Assembly (NCBI RefSeq): GCF_009914755.1
Contig: NC_060926.1
Length of the DNA: 64,000 bases
Source: the human T2T-CHM13v2.0 reference genome, Homo sapiens
Direction: 5' to 3' (one strand)
Shown here: positions 51,928 to 64,000 of the stretch, piece by piece
Position numbering within the stretch: the first letter of the stretch is position 1
Layout: every line of letters begins with the position of its first letter
Notes under the pieces: generated by a model
What the model was told of the DNA's origin: nothing
What the model saw: the letters and a program-made list of their open reading frames with translations, nothing else
Databases searched by the model: none
Translations under genes and position numbers: made by a program

Positions 51928-53999
51928 GGAGGGTCAAGGGGTCAAGTGTTTCTTGTTGATACCCAGAACACGTGAGATCAGGGAGTAAGTAACAGACCTT
52001 CTAGAACAAGGGTTGATTAAATCTAAGTCAGGAGAACAAGGCTCAATCAGTCAAGGGATCTTGGAAAGCAAGTGAAAGTTTGGAGAGTTGAGAACAAGGC
52101 CCTTAGAAGTGACTCATGGTGTGAATAAATTCCAGAGAGCAAGAGCAACTGCCTGCCTGGCTTCTTGCATTTTCACAGCTTGCATTTGGAAAGGGGGGCT
52201 TGGTGCATTCAAATGAATAAAAACAAGATGGTCATAACATATTATGAATACTGTCTGTATAGTCAGGCACCTTTCCCAAAGTAATAATTTGAAATAAAGA
52301 TTCCATTGGTCAGTAACAGGCAATTCCCATTTTTGAGTGCTTTCGTGATGTGTTCAATATTCCCAGTTATTACTTCCCAGGCATTATGCTTTATAGAAAA
52401 GTACCTATTTTTTAATGACTGGATAAGCTGGGCCTTACAATCCACTTCAAACCTGTTGTTCTATTTGTCCATGAGTACACAGGCTGCTCTAGGCAGGAGG
52501 ACATGAAACTACAAACCATTAAATGGTGATAATCTAAAAAACGTTAAGTAATTGTCTTGCAGACGTAAACTCAGAATAACATGCTATATACATCTTGGAG
52601 GTACCATGAAGGCATGGCCCAAGCTGTATATATGTATGCGTTTGTATAAATATACATATGCATGCAATCATATATACATATGCGTGTGTGTGTGTGTGTG
52701 TTGAGAGAAAGAGAAAGGAGAGATACCTAGCACAAGAACATATTTTGATAATTTAATTCACAGACATAAAAAGGAAATGTGGGCACTTAAGAGACTTTCA
52801 CTTGAACGATATCGCTCCACAGTGAGGCCTTTGGGGAAATCTCTGCACACACTGCAAACACTGTTATGGTAGAAGGAAGCTTTCTTCTCCCTGTTACTAT
52901 TAGAGAGTTTGTCACCTATCTTTGAGGCTCTTGGCCCATATCTAAGTATGAGGAAAGAAACCTTAGCAGTCTTTGATAGGCAGAGGATAACATTGTAAAC
53001 CCTAGAGCTGTGTTTTAAGAGGAAGTTAGAACACCAGTAAGAGGAAGGTTTACATGTTAAGACAAACAGATGAACCAGCTGAGTAAATGTGGGACTTGAA
53101 GGTTTCCCAATACTCTCCAGCTCCAAGAAGAATGGACTTAATTAACTGAGAGCTGAGACCACACAGTGTGGGAAGAGCAGAGGAACCAGAAGGGGCAAGG
53201 TCAAGGGAGTGAATGGAAAGGAGAGATGCTGCTGGACTCTGTTGAACAAATGGGAGAGTATGTGTCTATTTTTGTAATCTATTAGTTACGATACTCTTAG
53301 ATACAACAAGGAAAGTCAAATTCGGGTTTGTTGAAAGACATAGGAACTTTACTGGCTACCGTGAAAGGAGAGCCCCGTGGTAGATGGACATTAAGGCTGT
53401 ACTGATTCTGTGGCTCAAAAGTATCACTAAGAGCCATATTCATTTTCGTGTCTTTGTCCTGCTCCTGCCTGCTATGGAACCAGCTTAATCCTAAAGCCTG
53501 GATCCCCATCAGAGTCACAGAATACAAAGCATTTGTATGTTGTATGGAGGAGGAGTAACTGTTCAAATAAAAACTGGGGAAGTCTCCAGGCAGGGGGGAA
53601 AGCAACTGTTTTTGTTGGAGAATCAATCACCTCCCCACACCACCCTCCACCTTCTCCTGCCCCTGTCCCAATGGCTGTATCATCCTATGGAGATACCATC
53701 TGCATATCCAATAGACAGAGTAAAACAAACAAACTCCTAGGTGTAGATTACTTCCCACCTTTCCAGGTATTAAAGGTATTTTATAGAAATATGTGTGTAT
53801 GTATATTTTCCTGAAAGAGAGTAAAAATATTTGTCAGGAATTGAAAGAAATCGGTGATCCTAAAATGTCAAAAATCACAAAATTTTAGGTAAAGTTTCAA
53901 GATAAATTGGTTCTTACTTCTCTTCTATTGTTTCCCCAATTTACATCCACATCACAAACACAAGAACAACTCAAACCTTTTCCTTTTGTCATCCTACAC

Positions 54000-54330
54000 C
54001 ATGTCATGCCTCGGGTTATTTGACCACGTCACTTCCTCTGCCTCTTCTGCCTGGTAAGCCTTAACTCTGCCTTTATGACGGAATTCATGTACAGCCTCTT
54101 CACTGGAGCTTTTCTTTATTGCTTTCTCTTTGTGAACAGCAGATCCAGCTCTTTTGTACCATAAACGTCCCCTAACAATAAGCACATACTCCACAACATT
54201 GGTACTTTTTGTTTGCCTGTCCTACTCCCTAATGAGACTGTGAGGAATTTACACACAGGATTTGTGCCTTTCCTATTCGTCTTTTGGTGAGCTGTGCTGG
54301 CTTATGAAGCTGTTGTTCAGTGAACACACA
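54000..54330 (+). mobile_element. L2 3' fragment
   Basis: GAGACTGTGAGGAATTTACACACAGGATTTGTGCCTT...TGTTCAGTGAACAC. Confidence 0.55.
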
Positions 54331-54579
54331 ACCATTGATAGGTGTGATTTTCAGCAAAGTGACAATAGAGAACGTGTAGGAGCTTTGTGATGGTGTACTA
54401 GTATCATTGTTATTATTATTATTATTCAATTTAAGAGAGGTTTTTCTCCTTGGTTAGGACCTGAAAACCTACAGGGCAATATGATAAAAATAAATCTCTA
54501 GATAAATGATGTGATCTTCTTTAATCTTGGGGATTCACACATCATGGCCCTGAAGCAAGCTAGTGAATGTAATTCTTAA

Positions 54580-54800
54580 GTGCTAACATTTGTGGAGTGC
54601 TTTCTATATGCCAGGTGCCATGCTTAATGCTCCACATTCATCATTCCATTTGATCTTTACAAAAATCTCAGGAGATGGGTTCCATTATTATTGGTCCCAT
54701 TTTATAGATGAGAATGCTAGGATTTGCAGAGAGTATGTACATCATCCATGTCACACTATCTGTTCATTAGATGAGGCAGGATTTGAATTCAGGGCCCTCT
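54580..54800 (-). mobile_element. MIR
   Basis: GCTAACATTTGTGGAGTGCTTTCTATATGCCAGG...CCCATTTTATAGATGAGAA...GCAGGATTTGAATTCAGG. Confidence 0.75.
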
Positions 54801-54844
54801 AGCTATAATTAAGCCCTTCAGACCAGTTAAAGATTATGCTTTAA

Positions 54845-55070
54845 GGTGCTCTGTGTGCAAGGCAAAGCGCTATATAATTTATTATAAAATATTCTTTAAC
54901 TCTTAACCATAATCTTGCAAGGTAGAAATTATTGCTCTCATTTTAAAGGTGGGGAAACTGAGTTTTAAAGAAGATAACTACATTTGCCTAAAAAGTATAA
55001 TCAGTAATGTTAGTGCCACCCTTTGACAGAAGTTTATTTAATTCCTGAATTCATGTACCTTTCAATCGAA
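54845..55070 (-). mobile_element. MIR
   Basis: CTCATTTTAAAGGTGGGGAAACTGAG...ATTTGCCTAA. Confidence 0.65.
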
Positions 55071-58000
55071 ACCCAGGAAAAACGAGTGCCAACTACATCC
55101 AAGGAATTGTTGATGGGAATGGGGGGTGGGCAGTCCAGGAAAGCTGAGGCTGTTATGAGAAAATGTCTCTGCCTTGTGGGGACTTATAACACTGTCAAGA
55201 TGGTAAAATCTGGTATTATAAAACAGGAATAGCATTTGAGGTCATCTATGAAAATAATGTGAAAAGCTAGCTACAAATGAAAAATTTAAATAACAAATCA
55301 GCGCAAGCCTAGAGAGATACCTCTGGATAGAAGGTGATTAATTCTCTAGTAAATTAGATGAATAATTATTGATATAGCCACTAGAGGAAGGGGGATTTGG
55401 GCTCCAAATTTACTCACTGTCTTTGAAGAAGCTGGTCCTCTGAGCATCTGTAAGTTACCTCACTGCAGTGTAATGTGATTGTCAATGTATTTATAGATCA
55501 ACCACATTAGACTGTAAGTTACATGAGGGAAGGTGGGGCCATGTATTGTATTTTTGTTCTCAGAATTTGACCTAATTTGTTGTACTTAGTAGGTATTCAG
55601 TACAAATATATTGCATGAGTCTACCATCACTTCAACCAGGGGGGCATGGTCAGAAGAACCATCATACAGGAAGCAAGTTTTGAAGTGAGGAAATTTTTTT
55701 TTTTTGACAGTTTAAGATGGTATGGGAAGTCCCTTTAGGTGGATGAAATGGTGTGAGCCACTTGATGTTGTTGGGAGAGCATCACAGTGGGCGATCTCTA
55801 TTCCTAGCATCTGCCTGGTCCACTGGTAGTGGGTGGCCATTGCTCTCTGGAAATGGACCTGCAGAGAGGGCACAGGCACCAGGAGATATCAGAGTGGCAT
55901 TATATAATTTAAGATATTTAGCCTTGATCTTGAAAGATCACATGCTGCCCTGTTACCTCGTATACTTGGCTCCTTCTCCCTGGTCCATGAGGCCATTTGA
56001 AGACACTTAAAATGCCTATTTCATTCCTCACTGCACCTATGGCTTTATATTGCCTTGTCATATTCAACGCTGATGCTGTGGTCTGCACACGTATAAGTCA
56101 CAAGGATGCCTTCTGGCATTTATCAGGCACAGGTTTCTTGGATCCATCCTGGATTCTGCCTCTTTCCTAAGAACAGAGTATGGCTCTGAAATGGATGCTA
56201 ACCTCAGACCAACCAGCTGAGTGGATGGAAAGGAGCCAAAGGAAAACCCCAGAAGATAGTCCAGAAAGAAGATGGAGGCTCTTATGTCTGTGTTGTTCAC
56301 ATCAAAATCTTCACTTTCTTTGTACCTTGAACAATTTGGAGTCCACTTTATCTTGAACCTACATCCAAATACCTCTGTATTAGGGTGAGCAGGGTGGGAA
56401 GAAGGGGAGGGGATATACATTGGCAGAGAGATGATCTTCTCCTGGAGGTTGTAGTGTGTCACCAAGAAAGTCATTGCATTGCCGGTGAGATTCAAATAAT
56501 TAAAGTATATGTGAAATCACTTTCAAAAAATTCTATATGGAAAGTTATATGTTGTAATTAAATGGTTTTATTGACATAGAGTTTTACATTAACGAAGCAT
56601 TCTTTTTCAAAAAAAATAATATATCTAAATCTTTTTCTCAGTTAAGAACTATGCTTCTTGTTCTGGGGAAAACAAACCACTTTTATTTACAGGAGAAACA
56701 AATATACTTTTTAAAAATCCAGAAAATTGTAAATAGGCTAGCAGAGCTGCTAAACACGCATAAGATCACAATTGTGATTTTACAATACATCTTAATAAAA
56801 AGAGTAAATTACTTTTCATTTTCACAGACATAAGTTTGTTTTTAGGCTTTCCCAAGTGGATTGATACACTTGTTTGAATGTGATTTCCATTTACCTTTAT
56901 ATTAAAATAAATGGAAGTGAAAAGGTCAAGTTTATTCAGAAAATTGTTAGCTATCCTTGGGAAAAACTAATTCAGCATGTGTGATTTTAATCAATTTTCA
57001 TTCATTGTTAAAGTTCACACAAAGTTTAGCTTGATGTCCATAGGAAATGGAAGTGGTGACTGGTATATCAGGCACGATAAGTATACCAAATCTGAAGTCC
57101 TCTAGATAGTATGGTTAATAAAGCATATTTGTCTGGTTCCATAAAATAGAAATGTTGAAACTAGAAGAGCTGCTGGGTTAATAGGAGCATTTTCAATTCT
57201 CAATCTTCATTATTCTCAATGCCAAGAGGGAAAATTTGACTCAAACACACTGTTTGGGCTGTAAATCAGAGTAGTTACAGGGTGACTTGGGACCAGCTAT
57301 GAAAGAAAGAACCCAGAAGTGGGTGATATGAGGAAATATATGCCCCAAAGAAGGGATTTGGGCCTTTTTCCTACTGCCTCCCACAGAGCCGGGCTGTACC
57401 ACATGCTTTTCCAAATTTTCATTTAGCTCCCTTTATGTGCTAGGGATCATCAGGGCAACAGGGCAAGGCTGGATGATGTTATGGTGTTATAAAGGTTAGG
57501 AATAAGGCAATGCTCAGAATGATGTATTTCAGAAAGGACTACATGCCCATAAATGCAATCTAGATAAAGATGGGATTAGGCACTGAAGCTGTAATTGTGC
57601 TGGTGATAGACATGCCAGCAATAGCAGTGGTGTTGGTGATAGACAATCAAAGATGGAAAGGATCCGTGTGGCCTGAAATAAGATAGATTGGGGAGAAGGA
57701 AGGTCTTAGTCTGATAGTGAAGTAAGGAGAGGGATTGAACAGGCTGATTGAATGATCATTCCAGGCCTCAGTAGGGATGCAGAGATAGGGACGCTATGTG
57801 ATAGATGTGTGTAGATACTAGCCTATTCTGCTACAGCCAGTAGGAATGTTATGTTTTGACATATTTGATTGACAGATGCAAGTTGTACCAGACTACACAA
57901 ACCAAATAGTTAATAGTTATCTCAAAAGAGGATGTTGACAGATTTCAACCATTTGCAGGGTCATTATGGCCCAACCTTTGGAAAATTACCATTGGTATCC

Positions 58001-58134
58001 CTCAATAATATTATTTTGCAATTTGGTTTTTAAACACTCTCTCTCCCTTTTAGGTAAGTGTGTACAGGTGCATATGATAGATTTCAAATGTGAAGTATAC
58101 CTACAGGGTGAGAAATGTAATGGACAAAATGGGG

Positions 58135-58511
58135 GGTTATGGACTGAATTGTATCCCCTGAATAATTTATATGTTGAAGCTCTAACCTCTGATATGATTG
58201 AATTTGGAGATAGGGTCTTTAAGGAGGTAATTAAGGTTAAATGAGGCTATAGTGGTGGAATCCTAACTCTATAGACTGGTGTCCTTATAAGAAAAGGAAG
58301 AGAGAGTGCACATCTATAGGAAAGACTATCTGAGGACACAGTGAGAAGGTAGCCATCTACAAGCCAATGAGGGAGCCCCTCCCCAAAACCAACCCTGCCA
58401 ATGCCTTGCTCTTGGACTTCCAGCCTCCAGAATCTTGAAAAATGTAATTTATGCTGTTTAAGTCACCCAGTATATGGTATTATGTTATGGTAGCCTGAGC
58501 AGACTAGAACA
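58135..58511 (+). mobile_element. MaLR solo LTR (MLT1A0-like)
   Basis: TTATGGACTGAATTGTATCCCC; TTTGGAGATAGGGTCTTTAAGGAGGTAATTAAGGTTAAATGAGG; GTTATGGTAGCCTGAGCAGACTAGAACA. Confidence 0.9.
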
Positions 58512-59119
58512 AGGGGCCATGGTCAAATAGTAATTCTACAATGGAAGAAAATTGAAAGCCACATTGAGCTGGACCTCTTCATAGACCCAACTGGAGAGCC
58601 ATGACTTTGTCAAGAGAATGGAGAAAATTCTTATCCTAATATGACATAATCTTTTAGCCCAGTACCTTTTAAATAGCCTTGTTATACTGGATGTACTATA
58701 AATTTATCTTAAATTTATCACTTTTGGGGGAGGATGTTCTAAACTACATTTTTTCATAAGTTTATGAGAACAAAAGGAGTAGAATATGTAGATAAGTATA
58801 TATTCATAAGATGTATATTATGTATATATACATAAGAATATGTATGTGTATATATTTGTTCCATCTTAACTTTTCCATAAAGAATTTATAACTCACATCT
58901 GTCTTAATTTACTTTCCTTGATCACCGTGTCTATTAGTTGCCAAAAGGAAATGGAAAACACCAATATATCTTGTTATGTTTATACTGAGAATATTCTGTC
59001 AAATTGGTTGGAAAAAAACTAGAAAATACAAAGTCCTACAGTATCAAGGATTTAATAACTATTGAATGTATAAATGATAAAAATAAAAAGAGACCATGAG
59101 GACAAAAAAGGGAGAGGAG

Positions 59120-59400
59120 AGTATACCAGCTAGGATGCTATCAGTGGCAAGTAATAAAATATCCAGTATAAGCAGACTTAAATAATATAAGGCTATATTG
59201 CCCTAATTACCAAGAAGATTGAAACTATGCTTCAGGTGTGGGTTGATCATGGTGGCAATTCCTTATCTATATTATTTGCCCAGGTCCATGTATCAGCTTC
59301 ATCCTAAGGCTGGCTTCTCTCATGGTAGCAAAGTAGCTCTATTTGTTCCAAGGGTTCATATGAATATTCCACACTGACAGGAGGAGAGAGTGTCATTGTT
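59120..59400 (-). mobile_element. Old MaLR LTR fragment (MLT1J-like)
   Basis: GTATACCAGCTAGGATGCTATCAGTGGCAAGTAATAAAA; GCTTCATCCTAAGGCTGGCTTCTCTCATGGTAGCAA. Confidence 0.6.
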
Positions 59401-59684
59401 TAGTAGGTTTATGGAGTTAACTATGCTGCCCCCATGGGCCATTTTTCTACTTTATGCAGACTAGCCTTCTAAAGAACCTAGCATATTTGAGGAGTAACTT
59501 AAATTACAGTGCAAGTTCTAAGTCAGTGAAAGAGCTGCCTGGCCATATCTTTTGATTCCAAAGTTCTGTAGGACAGAACCAGCACATTTTACAAATTGGT
59601 TTAGAATTATACAAGCCTGTCTGGTGTATTATGGGGAGAGGTGTCCCTGATGGGGCCTAACTGGAAAGAGAGACAATAAGATCT

Positions 59685-60149
59685 TGTATTGGCACCCAAG
59701 TTGCTGAAATAAATGACCAAAACCTTGATTGTTTAAAATAACAGTAATTTACGCTTTCACAGTTCTGGAAGCCAGAATTCAAAAATAAAGGTGTGAACAG
59801 GGTTGGTTTCTTCTGAAGACTCTAAAGGAGAATATATTCCATGCCTCTATCTTAGCTTATGGGTGATTTTGGTAACACTTGGCATTTTTTGACTTGCAGA
59901 CACATCCCTGCAATTTCTGCCTTCATCTTCACATGGCCTTTCCCTCTAGGTCTCTGTCTTCTTTTATATCTCTTATAAGAACATTTCACTGGATTTAAAG
60001 CCCATTCTAAATCTAGAACCACATCACCTTGTGATCGTTAACCTAATTATATCTGCAAAGACCCTATTGCAAAGTAATCTCACATTCACAGGTATTGAGG
60101 GGTTAGGAATTGGATCTATCTTCTAGTATCCACTGTTCAACCCACTACA
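59685..60149 (-). mobile_element. MaLR solo LTR (MLT1C-like)
   Basis: TCACAGTTCTGGAAGCCAGAA; TCTGCAAAGACCCTATT; TTCAACCCACTACA; perfect TSD GATCT at 59680-59684 and 60150-60154. Confidence 0.9.
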
Positions 60150-60251
60150 GATCTCTTGGAGAAAATTAGCATGAGTGAAGGTCCAGGCAGTGGAGGAGCA
60201 GAGTTTCTAGGCACATCTTAATTCTGGCAAAAAGAAGAGTGTCATTTAAAG

Positions 60252-60944
60252 CAGCATTCTCCCAAGGAGGGGGATGTGAAAATATGTTGGAACTTCTCTT
60301 TATAATTTTCTTCATCTAAGGAAATAAGAAATAAATAATTTTTCTAATATTGGGCATATAGATGGATACCATGGCCCTCCCTGGGTCTGTGGGTCATGCA
60401 GGTACATGTCAGGTACAAGAGGCATCCTGACTTTGGGAGGGGGATGCCACACAGATGTGGGGCTGACCGTCACACGCTTTTTCATCCTTTTGTTTTCTGT
60501 GTTTCAGGATCCATTGCTGTTTACATGGGCCCATTAAATGGAGTTATGACTATTTTCTAGTTTATGTAAGTTGACCTTCACAAGACGAACAATTACCTTT
60601 AAATATTGTTTCTGACTAAAGACAATACTAAGAATGCATTAGTAATAGAGAAAAAATAGGAAGAGCTGACACTTCTACACTTAAGTGGACTCTTATCAGC
60701 CCAAGTAGGAGGTAAAATTATGGTAATCTAATCAGATATAAGAAGCATTTAGATAACCAAATTTCAAATTATTAGACAGCTAATATTTGTATTATGAATT
60801 TATATCCACTGTTGTTAGTTGTTACCATCACTAAAGTCCATGATATGTATCGAGACAGTAGTTATTAAAAGTACATATTTGGGGAATGTGAACTTAAACA
60901 TATTTTATTAATGGAGCAAAATTTTTAAACTTTGGAGGCCATTG
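60252..60944. mobile_element. Possible degenerate hAT-Charlie element
   Basis: TIR-like ends CAGCATTCTCCCAA / TTTGGAGGCCATTG; interior not recognised. Confidence 0.3.
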
Positions 60945-61337
60945 GTTTCATGGAAATAACCGTGCATCACTTGGGGCTCAATAGCTTTACTTGAAAATCC
61001 CACTAAAAAGTGAGTCATGAGAGTCTTGCTAGCCCTTTGGGTGACAAGAGAACAGAACCATAGGTTAGCAATGCAAGGTAGGTCAGAAATTAGGTGCCCA
61101 GCTTAATTTCTGTTCTGCTTAGCTGCTGTCTGTTCTGCTATCCAATGCCAATCAAGTAGAGCAATGGCCAGAGTAGTGGAGCGACAGATTCTACTTATAT
61201 GTGATAATTCACCATCTCCAGCCTCTTAAGCAGAATTCTATGCACCAGTGTCAGTTATGGAAAGGGGAACACTGTATACAAATTTCCAATCCCAGGGGGA
61301 CTCTAAAACCTCACCAGTTTCTACAAAGGTTTCTAAG

Positions 61338-61879
61338 TGTGGAAGGAGGTTTTTCACAAACCCAGCTGCCAGAATTCTACAAGAGTTCTTGACTCTGGCA
61401 GGGACTCAAAGGAGACACGGCTGCTTCAGGGGTCATACCTCTACTACTTGCATTCTTAGCTCCAGTTTGGTAAGAAAGAATAATGATAGGAGTCAGGCAA
61501 AGCAACTTTATTATTCAAGGATAGGCAGCTAAAACAAACAAACCTAGAATCCATGCTGAGTCAGTTCCCCGAGTCTCAGGAAAGTTGCCCAGGGCAGGTG
61601 GAGCCTTATCTGTTCATGCCCACTTCATACTGCAGCTGAGGGACACCAAAAGCAATCCACTATGGGTTTTACACCCTGGTTGCCCCTGGGTTGCTGAGCA
61701 CAAGCATTGCAGGATATCCTGTTCCAGGAGGGATGACAAAGCCTGGGCTATTCTAGGTGGTTTCTCCTTATGTCAGGACACTGTATCCTCAGCACATGCT
61801 ACAGTTTTCCCAAAAACTACAGCAGAAGGGGGAAGAACTGGGTCAGCCAAGGCTCTCTGGGGCCCTGTCTTCCTGCACA
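61338..61879 (-). mobile_element. ERVL solo LTR (MER73/MER74-like)
   Basis: Minus strand TGTGCAGGAAG...CTTGGCTGACCCAGTTC...AACTGTAGCATGTGCTGAGGAT...GGAACAGGATATCC; TATA-like GTGTAAAACCC; AATAAA (TTTATT at 61507); left boundary uncertain. Confidence 0.7.
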
Positions 61880-62080
61880 CATTCTTCCCCTGTTCCCACC
61901 ACCGGCACTTACTAATTGACACTATAGACAGAAAACTGAGCACCTTGGTCTGGAAGGAGACAGTGCTCCAGAGGAATGTTTTGTAGTTTGGTTGCAACTG
62001 TGGCTCAGGTGTACATCACTGTGGTAAAAAAAAGGAGGAAAGAAAAGCAAGAAAACAGAAAAGGAAGAACGTGAAGCTAA

Positions 62081-62885
<805 letters not shown>

Positions 62886-63502
62886 CCTTTAAGGTAGAAG
62901 TAGATAGGTGATCATCATTCAAATTTTATATTTTATTACTTAATTGCATGGTGTTTTCCATTTGCCTATGATTTTATTTTTTAGCTAAGATATGTTCTAT
63001 ACCTTTTCCCCTTTGCCTTATGAAACTGCCAAGAACTAATTTCATTTTTGATGTCCTGAAGGGATATTATTAGAAAAGGGATGGAGCTGATTGATAAAGC
63101 AAAAATACAAATTTATAATTGGTGAATTGCAGATCGATCTATATGATGGGAATACGTTCTAATAAGATTTTTTTCTCTCATTTCCTCCTTGCAGATGGAT
63201 CCCTGAAAGCCTATTATCTTTAATATAAAATTCTTATTTATTATCTTTTAAAGGTTTGGAAGGATGAGAGCTTTAAGGGGAAATTGAGTAGAGAATGAGA
63301 TTAGGAAAGGATTTCATGCAGAGAAAGAAAGATATATAATGCAAACTATGCTATGGTCTTTGCATATGCAAACAAAGCATCTGACCTACTTTCAGGAGGC
63401 CACACTCTTTTGAGCTTTTCCAGTAATTCATTCTCTCTTCCCACCAACTCTACCCTGTTAGAATGCAAATAGTTAGGACTGTAATGTGGGGCATGGTATA
63501 GA

Positions 63503-63729
63503 ATAGATGTTGACAAACTACTAAGGCCTGTGGGCCAAATCTAGCTCACAGTCTGTTTTTGTAAATAAAGTTTCATTAGCACATACCTATGCTTAATTCA
63601 AGTGCTTATTTTCTACAGCTTCTTACATGCCACAAAGGCGGATTTGAGTAGTTGCAATAGAGACAATGAACCTGCAATGTTGAAGGTATTTGCTATGTAG
63701 ATCTTTATGAAAAACTTTGCTAATCCCTG
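63503..63729 (+). mobile_element. MER58A
   Basis: GGCCTGTGGGCCAAATCTAGC...GTTTTTGTAAATAAAGTTT...TTGAGTAGTTGCAATAGAGAC...TTTGCTAATCCCTG. Confidence 0.85.
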
Positions 63730-63732
63730 CTA

Positions 63733-64000
<268 letters not shown>

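Noticed and set aside
61554-61564. TGCTGAGTCAG MAF/AP-1-like motif in an LTR
   Set aside because: Single imperfect motif with no independent evidence of function.

Overview
Primate (human-like) AT-rich, gene-poor genomic DNA. Much of it is transposable-element sequence: Alu, two L1PA copies plus old L1M fragments, MIR, L2, MaLR/ERVL solo LTRs, and MER5/MER58/Tigger DNA transposons. I can support no protein-coding exon. The long ORFs are L1 remnants, Alu or microsatellite read-throughs, or GC-rich chance ORFs. The unusual part is 13.5-18.4 kb. It holds (i) an isolated ~1 kb CpG island with a pair of inverted ETS sites, followed by an AATAAA and a TA-rich tract; (ii) a 152-bp direct duplication (9 mismatches, no indels, 2996 bp apart) that brackets the island; and (iii) a 15-copy, 21-bp minisatellite carrying 12 AAGATGGC (YY1-like) cores. 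Repeat subfamily names come from my recall of consensus sequences, not from a search. Boundaries of old repeats are approximate, and I could not identify the locus.
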